A stretch of 64,000 bases of DNA from Mytilus californianus (Eukaryota), in the NCBI RefSeq assembly GCF_021869535.1, contig NW_026262734.1, positions 59,210,001 to 59,274,000 on the forward strand, written 5' to 3'. Positions 26,410-37,708 of the stretch are shown here, piece by piece (the stretch's first letter is position 1; the number at the start of each line of letters is the position of its first letter). Below the pieces are notes generated by a model, which saw only the letters and a program-made list of their open reading frames with translations, was not told the origin of the DNA and searched no databases. The position numbers were made by a program, and so were the translations under genes.

Positions 26410-28045
26410 CTATATAAAACAACAAGATATCATATACATATATTGTTTAAATAAAAATATATGGTGTCTGAAATTTGCCTGTAGGTTTCCTTTATCAATG
26501 TTTCTCCTACAACTCTTTGTGCTTGGTAATATGTTTCATTGTACATTTTCAGTGCGGTCACTTTAGTGCAGAAAATTTGAACATGACGACACAAACATGT
26601 GAAAATAGGGTAATTAAATGGCAATATACATGTTTTGTCTGATTAAATTGGATATAAACAACACTTTACGAAAAAATCTATTTTCTGGATCTTGAACTGC
26701 TTGTATCTTTCATTTGCACCGGAATGCATTCATTTATTTAACCAATCATTTCCTTTAAACAATGCCTGTTCAATGTCAGGAGTATGACAGTTGTCCATCA
26801 TTCGTTCAGTTGGTTGATATTGTCTTACGTTTGATTTTTTGTCATTTTTTATAGACTTCCCCTTTTTTTAATTTACTGTGGAGTAAAGTATTTATAATAT
26901 AATACATTTTTATTAGGGGTATCTAAATGGGGAGCTTCATTCTGCTCAACTTGTAGCGTTCTGAGCAGTTAAATGTCATTCTAGTAGAAGCTTGTTGGTT
27001 GACTGGGTTTTTTTAAGCAGTGGTATTATTTGTCCTTTCTTTGTAGTTTCTAACTGCCACATTGGTATATTCTTGTCTTTTCACACTCATGGCTTCGTTT
27101 TTTATGCGAAAATTAGTGGTACGATCTTTTTGGGGAGGGCAGGGGTTTTGCTTACATCTAAGTATCGAAAAAGCAATCAGAATACGAGGTAGTATTTGTA
27201 ATTTATTATAGTCCCTGCCTCCAACAAATGAACAGACTAACACACATACAACAGTCGAAAATACACTTTACATACTGCAGAGTACCCATGAAAAACCAGG
27301 ATGAACTGATGTTCTCCGCAAGGATCGACAGTTCCCGCTCTATTACTCCCGTTTAAAGAGTCATATTCCTTTAAATGGCACCAGCAAAAAGGGATATTAG
27401 TTATGTATCTTATATATCTTAGCAAGTTTGAATAAATAATATATCTACATTTGTACTTAAAGTAAGTCTCTAAGTACACTGTAGTATCGATTATATTTAC
27501 AACATGTATCTTATTAAGCTTTGCACAGTACATAGTACATGAAACTGATACAATAGACAACGCCATTGAATACTGCCATAACTGCATTGAATTAATTCAA
27601 AAGTTTGATAACTGTAGGGTAACCATACTGGAAACGCCAGTCTAATCCATATACCATTGGAACAAAAAAATAACAAAACAACACAAAACTCCAGACAACT
27701 TTATTACACAAGACAAAGAACTAGCAGAACAAGATGTCCTATTAAACAACAAAATCAAAGAAATAAACAGCACAATAACATTGTAACAGCCATCATGATC
27801 AAAATATAAAAAGAAGCATATCGAACCGAAACAGTCAGAGGCTATTACAACTTTCAACTTTATGCAGTTTGACCTTAAGTGTCAGGTGAGCTAACAATGC
27901 TAAACACTTATCGGTATTAAAAACAAATCAGTTTAAACTGAAAATATTGACATAAAATTCTATTTATGTCAGTTCCTACACTGTGCATACTGTTGTTAGT
28001 ATAAGTTCGCACGGGAAACATACTATAAAATAATTATAAACTGAC

Positions 28046-28226
28046 CTTTCCGATATAAAGGATATTTATTGCCTGCAAATGCGTTTCCTAAACGGAGTCC
28101 AATGGCCACCTCTTTGGATGTTTTTATTTCCGAAAACTTTGTATTTTCTGCAATGGTCATTATCATAGATTCTTTTACATCTAGCTGAAGAAATCGAGCG
28201 AGTCTTTTAAACTCATAAAATGGATT
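28046..28226 (-). CDS. Sulfotransferase A exon 4
   Basis: tttttgcag| NPFYEFKRLARFLQLDV...KYPLYRKG |gtcagt; 181 nt, phase 0-1. Confidence 0.93.
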
Positions 28227-30024
28227 CTGCAAAAAGAAAATATATTGGACATCAGAATCAACGCAGCCATACTTTATTTTTTTCCTTACTAAATAGATTA
28301 TAAGCAAATACAGCAAATGCAAACCTTTGCCTGAAACATGTTTAAGCGGGAAACACGCAAATACTGTTTTTTTTAAACACACAAGAGAAATACAAATATT
28401 TATTATTTGAATTACAATTGTATATGACAGATACTAGATATACAAGAGACAAACAACATCTAACAAGATGTCTGAGATAAGACATCTAGATGAACGGATT
28501 GCACGTATAGTCAAGGAAAACAATGCTTTTCATTTGCAAACACAAATTGAATGGAAACAGTGTTGGCCACTGAAATGTAATGTACAAAACGTATTTATTT
28601 TGATACTCCAAGTTACATAGAAATGAAAAGTAAAGGAAAGATGTCATATGGACATTAAAGCCCTGTAGTAAAGCAATAATATAAAGTATTTTCAAAGATA
28701 GACCAAGTTTTAAACATTAATATGTGATACATTATTTTAATTAATCAATTAGCATAAATATGTTGTGAAATATTTCTTTGCTTTTTTCAACTTTGGCTTT
28801 TTAATGACTGTTTCTCTATTCCTTAATACATAAAGAATACGGATTGGTTGATTTTTATGTATATGGATTTTCAAAGGCCTTATAATTGCTTCCTGGTGTA
28901 TTTAATCAAACGTAGATAGTTTGCACGGTTAATAACATAAACGGTACTATTTTCTGCACCAGATGCGCATTTCGACAATCAATGTCTCTTCAGTGATGCT
29001 CGAGTTCAAAATATTAATCGTCAATAAGAATTGTTTACTGGCAGAAATTCAAATCTGAATACAATATTTATTATCGCTATTTTGTGTATTTTTTCTTTGA
29101 TCTTGTTTTGTGATAATTTTTAATGTCATGCTTCTCGCTTGAGAAAGAAAATTATCGCCTGAAAATAAGGGCGTACATGCCGTTGTCAATTTAAAGATCA
29201 ACGTTGTTATAGTCAAAATAGCGGTAAACAGATTACTAATGGTCTTTTAAACTCGATGTTGTTCGGTCACATCTCATCTCAGGGCTGTCGCCCTTCGATG
29301 AAATTGTAGCACAAGCAATATCCTTTCGCTTGAAAAACCATTAATAATCTATCAATATCAATATACAATTTGATTTTTATATCAGACATTTTCATGGTTA
29401 TCTTATACCAAACGGACTTTTTATTTTCCTGTTGTTATTATTCTTTTTTTTAATTGTCTGGTCTTCTTGAGTAAACATGTCAGTGTTGGTTTGATTTATA
29501 CATGTTTGCCAAAACGTCTAATAGATTTAAATGAACGATATCAATGAACGATTACCGTACTAATTCCAGTATTAAAAATTATCCAAATATATTTTTGTTT
29601 AAAAGATTCAAGAAGAGGTACTGGGAGCAAAGTTCATAAAGTGATACCCCCTGTTTTCAAAGTCCATGCTTTGCTAAGGGAAACCAAAATAATAATTCGA
29701 AAAAAGAGATAAAATATGAGATGAACCGGCAGTATATGGTGACGATTCAGAAAAAGTTTTAAAATTCTTATTATGAGTTTAGTAAAAGAAGCGATTAAAA
29801 ATATCTAATAAAGTGTACTGAATTTTACTAATGTCACAGAGACCATTTTGGTGCGAAAGCAAATACAACACAACAAGTCGGATACAAATCTGGGACACAA
29901 GGACGGAAACCTCTTACTGTATATCGACCGCATAAAGAAACAGGATTGGGTGTATGATTTTTATTATGTCATAATGTCATAATCCTCGGTTCATAACTCC
30001 AATTATATAAATACTAAAACATAC

Positions 30025-30128
30025 CTTTTTTGCATCTTCATAGGACAGAATATGTATGGGATTATCAGGATTGTTTTGTCTTACCCTCTCCCATAATTGT
30101 GTATGTTGAAACCAGTCGTTGAACAGAA
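30025..30128 (-). CDS. Sulfotransferase A exon 3 (not in ORF track)
   Basis: ctacttaag| VLFNDWFQHTQLWERVRQNNPDNPIHILSYEDAKK |gtat; 104 nt, phase 1-0. Confidence 0.92.
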
Positions 30129-30882
30129 CTTAAGTAGACATGTACTATTAGTTAATAAAACAAGATATTAAACTGTAAATGTATGTTATATAGATACAAT
30201 GGATAAGCGTGGATTCTTGAAAAAGAAACCATGAGCCCGGAGGGCGAATGGTTTGTTTTTCATGAATCTACGCTTATCCATTGTATCTATAACTTAAACT
30301 ATTGTGTTAATTTCTTTTCAAAATTAAAGCCTTTTCTTAATTAGAAGGTATTGTAAGTGAGTTTAAATAACCATGTCATCGTGTCCAACGATGCATTGAT
30401 AAATCTCAGATCACAATTAATTGGTTAACAATTAAAATACAAATATAACACTTCTACCTTTAAAGATCTTTATATTACCAGGCATAAGAATATTATCTGT
30501 TTATACAAAATAAGACATAATCGAAATTATTTCTAATAAAATTGAAAATAGAAATGGGGAACGTGTCAAAGAGACAACAACCCGACCAAAAAGCATATAT
30601 AAATTAAGTATATATAATAAGTATGTTATCGAAATTTTTCTAGCACTCTAGGCACATCACGATTTTCTTGCATAGGAATTTGCGAACAAACCTTTGTAAA
30701 ATTATGTAGTAAATCAGATGAAATCATACTATATTTATAAAACAAAAATTGACAAATATAATGTAATCATTTTTGTTTCAAACATGTGAAATAGCCAATA
30801 ATAATTAAAAAAAACCGGTAAAACTCGCTATTATTACAAAAATATCCACTATAACATGCAAAATTAGAAACAACAACAGAAT

Positions 30883-30990
30883 AAAATAAGAATTGGAACA
30901 ACAGAGAGAATACAGGGATTCGAACCTAACCGACAAATCCCTATCTTTAACTCATTGATTTTAACCATGCTCACCTCGCGGCTACCAACT
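30883..30990 (-). ncRNA. Candidate Pol III ncRNA, type 1 copy 1 (vault-RNA-like layout)
   Basis: Minus strand: AGTTGG-TAGCCGCGAGG (boxA-like) ... GGTTCGAATCCC (boxB) ... CCAATT-cttaTTTT. The 5'/3' terminal stem is AGTTGG/CCAATT. A TATATA lies ~30 nt upstream (31017-31022). Confidence 0.45.
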
Positions 30991-31107
30991 CATACTATAC
31001 GACTGCCTATTGTGTCTATATAAAGGAACAAGCCCTGTGTGTCCGATGAACCGATGTATATCAGATGTTCATTTAAATATATAAAATAGACATCTATAGC
31101 GTAACCC

Positions 31108-31225
31108 ATTGGTAGCCGAGAGGTTTCGTCGATGTGTTGATGTCAGTCACACATAACAGATTTCAAGGAAGGGTTCGACTCCCAGTGAAGGCGTATAAAA
31201 ATTACAAAATTAAAGGTAAGTTTTT
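31108..31225 (+). ncRNA. Candidate Pol III ncRNA, type 2 copy 1
   Basis: TATATAAA at 31078; ATTGG-TAGCCGAGAGG (boxA) ... GGTTCGACTCCC (boxB) ... TTTTT at 31221-31225. Confidence 0.45.
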
Positions 31226-32087
31226 AAATTAATTCCATTAGTGAACAGAAATCAGTAAATTAGCCAATTCAAACTTAATGAAATTAAGCACACAAAGGAA
31301 ACAATTGAATATAATTTGGTGAGTCAATTTCAGCGGCAGATTTAGGAAGCGTTGATTCTAGAAAAAGAATCCACGATAAATGAATAGGCTGACGTCACCA
31401 CAATGGTTTAAGTTATATAGATACAATGGATAAGCGTGGATTCTTGAAAAAGAAACCATGAGCCCGGAGGGCGAATGGTTTGTTTTTCATGAATCTACGC
31501 TTATCTATTGTATCTATAACTTAAACTATTGTGTTAATTTCTTTTCAAAATTAACGCCTTTTCTTAATTAGAAGGTATTGGAAGTGAGTTTAAATAACCA
31601 TGTTATCGTGTCCAACGATGCATTGATAATTCTCAGATCACAATTAATTGGTTAACAAAATACAAATATAACACTTCTACCTTTAAAGATCTTTATATTA
31701 TCAGGCATCTGAATATTATCTGTTTTTACAAAATAAGACATATTCGAACTTATTTCTAATAAAATTGAGAACGGAAATGGGGAATGTGTCAAAGAGACAA
31801 CAACCCGTCCAAAGAGTATATATAAAGTATATATAATAAGTATGTTACCGAAATTTCTAGCACTCTAGGCACATCACGATTTTCTAGCATAGGAATTTGC
31901 GAACAAATATTTGTAAAATTATGTAGTAAAACAGATGAAAATCATACTATATTTATACAACAAAAATTGACAAATAGAATATAATCATTTTTGTTTCAAA
32001 CATGTGAAATATCCAATAATAATCCAAAAAATAAACGGTAAAACACGCTATTATTACTAAAATATCCACTTTAACATGCAAAATTAG

Positions 32088-32201
32088 AAAAAAAAACAGA
32101 ATTGGGACAACAGAGATAATACAGGGATTCGAACCTAAACCGACAAATCCCTATCTTTTAACTCGTTGATTTTAAGCATGCTAACCTCGCGGCTACCAAC
32201 T
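32088..32201 (-). ncRNA. Candidate Pol III ncRNA, type 1 copy 2
   Basis: Same layout as 30883-30990, with terminal stem AGTTGG/CCAATT followed by ctg and a 9-T run. Confidence 0.45.
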
Positions 32202-32299
32202 TATACTATACGACTGCCCATTGTGTATATATAAAGGTACAACCCCTGTGTGTCCGATGTTCATTTATATATATAAAATAGACATCTAAGTTGTAACCC

Positions 32300-32418
32300 A
32301 TTGGTAGCCGAGAGGTTTCGTCGATGTGTTGATGTCAGTCATTCATAACAGATTTCAAGGAAGGGTTCGATTCCCAGTGAAGGCATATACAAGTTACAAA
32401 AATTAAAAGTAAGTTTTT
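32300..32418 (+). ncRNA. Candidate Pol III ncRNA, type 2 copy 2
   Basis: TATATATAAAA at ~32266; ATTGGTAGCCGAGAGG ... GGTTCGATTCCC ... TTTTT at 32414-32418. Confidence 0.45.
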
Positions 32419-32867
32419 AAATTAATTCCATTAGTGAACAGAAATCAGTAAATTAGCCAATTCAAACTTAATGAAATTAGACACACAAAGGAAACAATTG
32501 AATATAATTTGGTGAGTCCATTTCAGCGGCAGATGTAGGAAGCGTTGATTCTAGAAAAAGAATCCACGGTAAATGAATAGGCTGACGTCACCACAATGGT
32601 TTAAATTAGTTTAATTGCCTTTTTAAATACCTTATCACAGTAAGGTCAATATCTTTTCATATATAGGAAACTGCCTTTAAATCCTTAACAAGTTATTTGA
32701 ATTAGTATTATACTATGCTTAAAATTATTAGTTGATATAAGAAAATCATCACGTGCAATACTGATGACGTCTCTCTGTTGAGATAGCTTTTCTGGTCATG
32801 TCAGTAGCAAATGTCCTAAATAATGTTAAAGGAAGTAAAATAACAATTTAATTTTATCTAGTGCAAA

Positions 32868-32965
32868 TTGCCAAATTCCGAAACATCGGTAACGTTGTTT
32901 TGCTAAACTCGATGCACCCTAGAAAGAACGACGTAACCACTGTTTCTGAGTTTGGCAAATTGCTT
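32868..32965. repeat. ~95-bp hairpin element (second copy 51688-51775)
   Basis: aattccgaaacatcggtaacgt...acgtaaccactgtttctgagtt; 51688 copy aaactccgaaacagtggtaacgt...acgtcaccactgtttcggagttt. Confidence 0.75.
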
Positions 32966-33019
32966 TGTTGTTTTGTAAGTGGCAAACACAATATGTGATT
33001 CTTCCTTGCTTGTTTAGAG

Positions 33020-33265
33020 GGCCTCGGTTGCCTAGTGTTCTGAGTAGTCGAACTAAAGTATCACTAGCCTGTCAACACCGAAGTTGCAACTTCGAAGCCC
33101 GCACGTAGCAGGTGCGCTCGACTCCAATCTTTATTGACTATGATTATCAGTTTTCCTACCGAAGTCGGTGGCTTCCTTCACCAATAAAAACTGACCGCCA
33201 CGAAATAGAACAACAGTGCTGAAAGTGGCATTCATTACCAATATATCAATCAATTAATCTTATTT
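33020..33265 (+). mobile_element. tRNA-headed bivalve SINE (MetaSINE-like)
   Basis: Head ggcctcggttgcctagtg (boxA) ... acttcgaagccc (boxB); core cagttttcctaccgaagtcggtggcttccttcaccaataaaaactgaccgccacgaaatag; atcaat tail. Confidence 0.8.
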
Positions 33266-33509
33266 GAACCTAAATCAGCCCGACATGTGCGAGACTGTTC
33301 GGAGAAAAGTTGTTGATCTACTTTCGTGATAATAAATATTGCTCATTCTGTAGCTTAAGCATGATGTTGTGTAAATTCTTTTTAACAATATTCTTTTAAC
33401 GATTAAATAAGTTAGTTGTACATTTGCAGATTTGAAAAGCATAATCTTTCAAAACTACGAAAGAAATAATCGATAATTGTATATTTATAGAAGTGCATTA
33501 ATTGAATTT

Positions 33510-33720
33510 GATGAGACTGTCGTACAAGTGAGAGGTTTAGCGCTATAAAACCAGGTTCAATCCACCATTTTCTACATTTGAAAATGCAAGTCAGGAATAT
33601 GACAGTTGTTGTCCATTCGTTTGATGTGTTTTGTCATTTGATTTTGCCATGTGATTAAGGACTTTCCGATTGAATTTTCCTCGGAGTTCAGTATTTTTGT
33701 GATTTTAGTTTTTAATATTG
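33510..33720 (-). repeat. Copy of the 'aaaataccgaactcc' interspersed repeat
   Basis: Reverse complement of 54215-54425. Confidence 0.85.
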
Positions 33721-33757
33721 TAACCATCGAATGTTTATATTACAATGTAATTCTTAC

Positions 33758-34078
33758 CTTTACCGTCTAAAAATAGATTCAGATAACCAGACCAGGTACC
33801 TTTCCATTTAGTTTCTTTTAGTTTGTTAAAGAAATGAAAACTTGAAATTGCTACTGCTCTTGGGTCTCTTATAACATTAATTAGTTTGCATTTCTTTTGC
33901 CTGATTGAAACAGGAAGTTGTTCGTAATACAAATGGCTTCCGAGAACTCTTGGTGGTGGCGACTGTTGCATTTTTCTAACAGCCCCAAATTCTAAAATAT
34001 ATTTCGCTGGTATTTCCTTTGAAATATCCGATGTGTTATTAATTAGCATTGTCACTACTTCCCATATCCAATGGAAAC
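33758..34078 (-). CDS. Sulfotransferase A exon 2
   Basis: gatttcag| GFHWIWEV...PPPRVLGSHLY...IRDPRAVAISSFHF...YLNLFLDGK |gtaaga; 321 nt, phase 1-1. Confidence 0.95.
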
Positions 34079-34477
34079 CTGAAATCATAATGTATTACTC
34101 ACAGGTTTTTGTTTGCTTTACGTTCCATCTATGCCGAAGACTACATGTATATCAAATAGCGAGCATAAAGGTATTAAAAAAATAATGTTTGAAACAGTAA
34201 CACTTAAACATGTTAAATGTTTCTATTGTTTCTGTATAATTTACTTTTGGGCATTGTACAAAATCATGCCTTCCTGTACTGTTTATGACGTACATGTATT
34301 TGTATGAAATCTTCTATCAATACGCAGTGGTCAATATATCATACTGCTAAAATATATCACGGTATTGTACCCAATGAATTTAGTTGATATATAACTTACA
34401 GTATCTAGTAAGAAATGAACCTACTAAAGAAAATCTAATTTTATCCATTGAATCACCAAATTAAGGTCAAGTTCAGA

Positions 34478-35210
34478 TAAATAAAGGCAACAGTAGTATA
34501 CCGCTGTTCGAAACTCGTAATTCGATAGAGATAAAAACAAATCCGGTTAAAAACTAAAACTGAGGGAAACGCATCAAATATAAGAGGAGAACAACGACAC
34601 AACAAAAACACAACATTAAAATGTAACACACACAGAAACGAACTATAATATAACAATGGCCATTTTCCTGACTTGGTACAGGACATTTTAAGAAAAAAAT
34701 GGTGGGTTGAACCTGGTTTTGTGGCATGCCAAACCTCCCGCTTTTATGGCAACGTCAAACACAACACCAAAACGACAACATCACATGACAGGACCACAAT
34801 ACAAATAAATGGGAGAACATATAGGACAAAGAAACACACGAATAATAGCTTACAAAAGGTACTAGGCCTAAAATTCAATACGCCAGACGTGCGTCTCGTC
34901 CACACAAGACCAAACAGTGACGCTCAGATGAAAAAAGTTTGAAAGCCAAAACAAGTACAAAGCTGAAGAGCACCGAGGACCAAAACTTCCAAAAAGATGC
35001 GCCTAACACGGCCAGGGTTTTCTGCCTGGGACAAGAACATCCTTATTATTTAGAATAATTTATAATTTTGCAAACAGTAAATTTTATAAAATTACTATAT
35101 AATAGATATACATGATAAAACCGCAGTTGGGACTAACTACAGAATAAAAACGGATACAATACATACAACAACTTAATCCTCAACGCACAAGTGACGTCAC
35201 ATTTGAAATT
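34478..35210 (+). repeat. Abundant 'aaataaaggcaacagtagtataccgctgttc' interspersed repeat (other copy 61834-62240; partial 5250-5470)
   Basis: Shared 5' ~100 bp with 61834; the internal part is shared with 5250-5470. Confidence 0.8.
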
Positions 35211-35499
35211 CTAAAAAAAACACACAAAGTGAGGTCACATTTGAATTTGTAAAAATATTTCCCAAAAATAAGATAGGATTAGGATTAGGATTGATTCAAG
35301 ATTAGATTTGTAATACTGACATTACATTGATTAATAACAATGAAAATTACAGTACTTATTAATATCAAATTGTGGTAGTATTTAGATAATTAATTGTATT
35401 ATTTAGCTATGTTGGTGTTTCTTCTCAATCAAACTGTAAACCAAATATATCGTATAAATTTCGTTGAACTAAAAACTAATAAATGAAGGGGGTGATTAA

Positions 35500-36130
35500 T
35501 TATCTTTACCATAACACACGAATATAACAGAAAAGACGTTAAGACATTTGACAAAATCCGACGAGAATAACAAATATGACATCAAATTAAATACATGAAT
35601 TTGGGATAGAAAAGTACCGTGACACGTCTTATAGCAATGCGGTTTCACACTCAGCAAAACAGTCACAATCGGGAATAAGTCACGTTTGGTAATTATAAGA
35701 TCAGACGACGTAATGACAAACCACAATCTAACACGTGGTAAAAATGTCCTTAGTTAGTTTGGACAAAGACACATCGTATGGATCAACCAATTCGTGATGG
35801 TGTCCGTAAAATTTACGGAGTGTCATTTTTAATCTGTCCTTCTCATAACTTTGTTGGAGCAGTTTCTGCGTAAGGAGCACACTCCTGTGTATGAAGTCCG
35901 TATAGTGTGAACAAGCACGAGAATAACGTATCAATTGAGATATGTAAACACCATACGAAGGGGCAGAGGGTATGTTACTGCTGAGAAATGGGAAATTGAT
36001 AATTGGGAAGTTGAAATCGACCGGTTTATCATAGATTTTCGTGTGAAGTCGTCCATCTGTGTCAATATTGAGGAAAAGATCAAGGTATGAAGCAGTCCTT
36101 CTAGTATCAGTAGTATCCTTAATAAATCCG
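35500..36130 (-). mobile_element. 5'-truncated Penelope-like RT retroelement fragment
   Basis: IKDTTDTRRTASYLDLFL..DGRLHTKIYDK..DFNFPIINFPFLSSNIPSAPSYGVYISQLIRYSRAC..Y.DF..R..LLTQKLL..Y....L...LRKFYGHHHELV: RT thumb and C-terminal pattern of PLE-type RTs. Confidence 0.8.
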
Positions 36131-36394
36131 ACAGACGGAAATTCACTGTATACATCATAGTTTGAGCATTTATTTACTAGATCTAAAAAAAACGGACATG
36201 ATCTTGAGAGTGTACATAGTGGCTGTCGTTTGTTGCTGTATATTATATTTGTTTTTCGTTCATTGTTTTGCACATAAATCAGGTTTGAATTCTTTCACAA
36301 TTGTCATTTCGGGGCTTTTTATATCTGTCAATGTGGAATAAGTCTCACTCATTGTTGAGGACCGTACGGTGACCTGTCTGAATTGCAATCATAC

Positions 36395-36752
36395 CACATC
36401 TTCTTTTTTTATGTAATGGAACAAACAAACCAAGAAAATGAGGTCAAGGTCAGACGACCCCTCTCTGGCGGACATTTTTACTTTACAATCACGATATTCT
36501 TCAATATAGCTGACCTTTTACTCACAGTATCTCTGAGAAGAAAAAAACCACAAAAGTTTGACTAAGATATGGAATCACATCTTCTTTTTTTATGTAATGG
36601 AACAAACAAACCAAGAAAATGAGGTCAAGGTCAGACGACCCCTCTCTGGCGGACATTTTTACTTTACAATCACGATATTCTTCAATATAGCTGACCTTTT
36701 ACTCACAGTATCTCTGAGAAGAAAAAAACCACAAAAGTTTGACTAAGATATG
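36395..36752. repeat. Near-identical 181-bp tandem duplication
   Basis: Units 36395-36571 and 36576-36752; contain the aatgaggtcaaggtcaga motif also seen at ~34460 and 55730/55860. Confidence 0.95.
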
Positions 36753-37536
36753 TAATGAAACTAAGTGCAAATGAATGATCTTTGACACGTTTAATGCCTA
36801 AGCTTGCAATAATTATATATCCTAAATATTGGCCTATTACTGATAATTTTTGAAAAATCACGTGATGAAAACAATTTAAACGGTTTGTTCTTATTTGAAT
36901 TGTTCCAATTGTACCAGATTAGGGGTAGTGTTGGGCGCTCACAAACATGTTAAATCCCGGCATATCTTTTCTGTGCATCTTCCAAGTAATTAGTCTATAA
37001 ATCAGTGGTTGTCGTTGGCTGTTGCCTGTTAAATATGTTTTTCATTCCTAGTTGTAGTATAAATCAAGCCGTATGTCCGGACCTTTTATAACTAACTATA
37101 TGTTGGTTTTAACTCATTGCAGAAGGTCACACAATGACCCGTAATTGTTAAACTATTTGTTTGCCCTTTTGTGTTTATGTTCTCATTAGCAAAAATACTA
37201 CATATCGTTATTTTTATACGTCGTTTTTAAGCGATTGAATCGTGAACAGTGAAAATAAGTCGAGGACAACTGGTCTATTCTTAATGGAAACTAATCATTA
37301 TACCACATATGGATTATACATATATGCAGCTGGTCTGCACTCTTGAGATATAAAACTTGATACAAAAAGAGCACGCCGTTGCTGGATAAGCGTCTTTATG
37401 TTTGCATCCTGCGATTTTCAGGTAACGTAATACCTCATTTCAAAGTGGTAATACAAAACACAAAAAATTCACAGTTTGGTTGAGACATGATTTTTGCGTG
37501 TAAGAAATCTTTCAAACCTGCCGTTAAACGAAATAC

Positions 37537-37708
37537 CTGATTTCGGATATGAACAAATAATGACATCATTGTCATCGGCATCAAATGACTGCATATGTTT
37601 CCACTGTGAAGGTATATCTGGAATACTTGCTGGAAAATAACGTCCTTCATATTCTTTTACAGTTATGGATCCAGCTAAATCACTATCCGCAACAAAAGTT
37701 TTTAACAT
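37537..37708 (-). CDS. Sulfotransferase A exon 1 (ATG)
   Basis: ttttcatag|aaATG MLKTFVADSDLAGSITVKEYEG...DDNDVIICSYPKSG |gtattt; 172 nt. The five exons sum to 948 nt = 315 aa + stop. Confidence 0.93.

Larger units (their letters stand above)
30184..32604. repeat. Tandem duplication of a ~1.2-kb hairpin-ended element (units 30184-31411 and 31412-32604) in SULT-A intron 2
   Basis: Both units start gttatatagatacaatggataagcgtggattc (a ~105-bp hairpin) and end gtcaccacaatggtttaa. Roughly 90% identical by eye; absent from the SULT-B intron. Confidence 0.95.

Noticed and set aside
30883-32418. Calling the boxA/boxB cassettes genuine tRNA genes
   Set aside because: Acceptor and anticodon stems do not pair, and the T-stem has only 3 bp in the plus cassette; kept as candidate ncRNA instead.
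36383-36746. Two identical 60-aa ORFs
   Set aside because: A by-product of the 181-bp tandem duplication; no coding signature.
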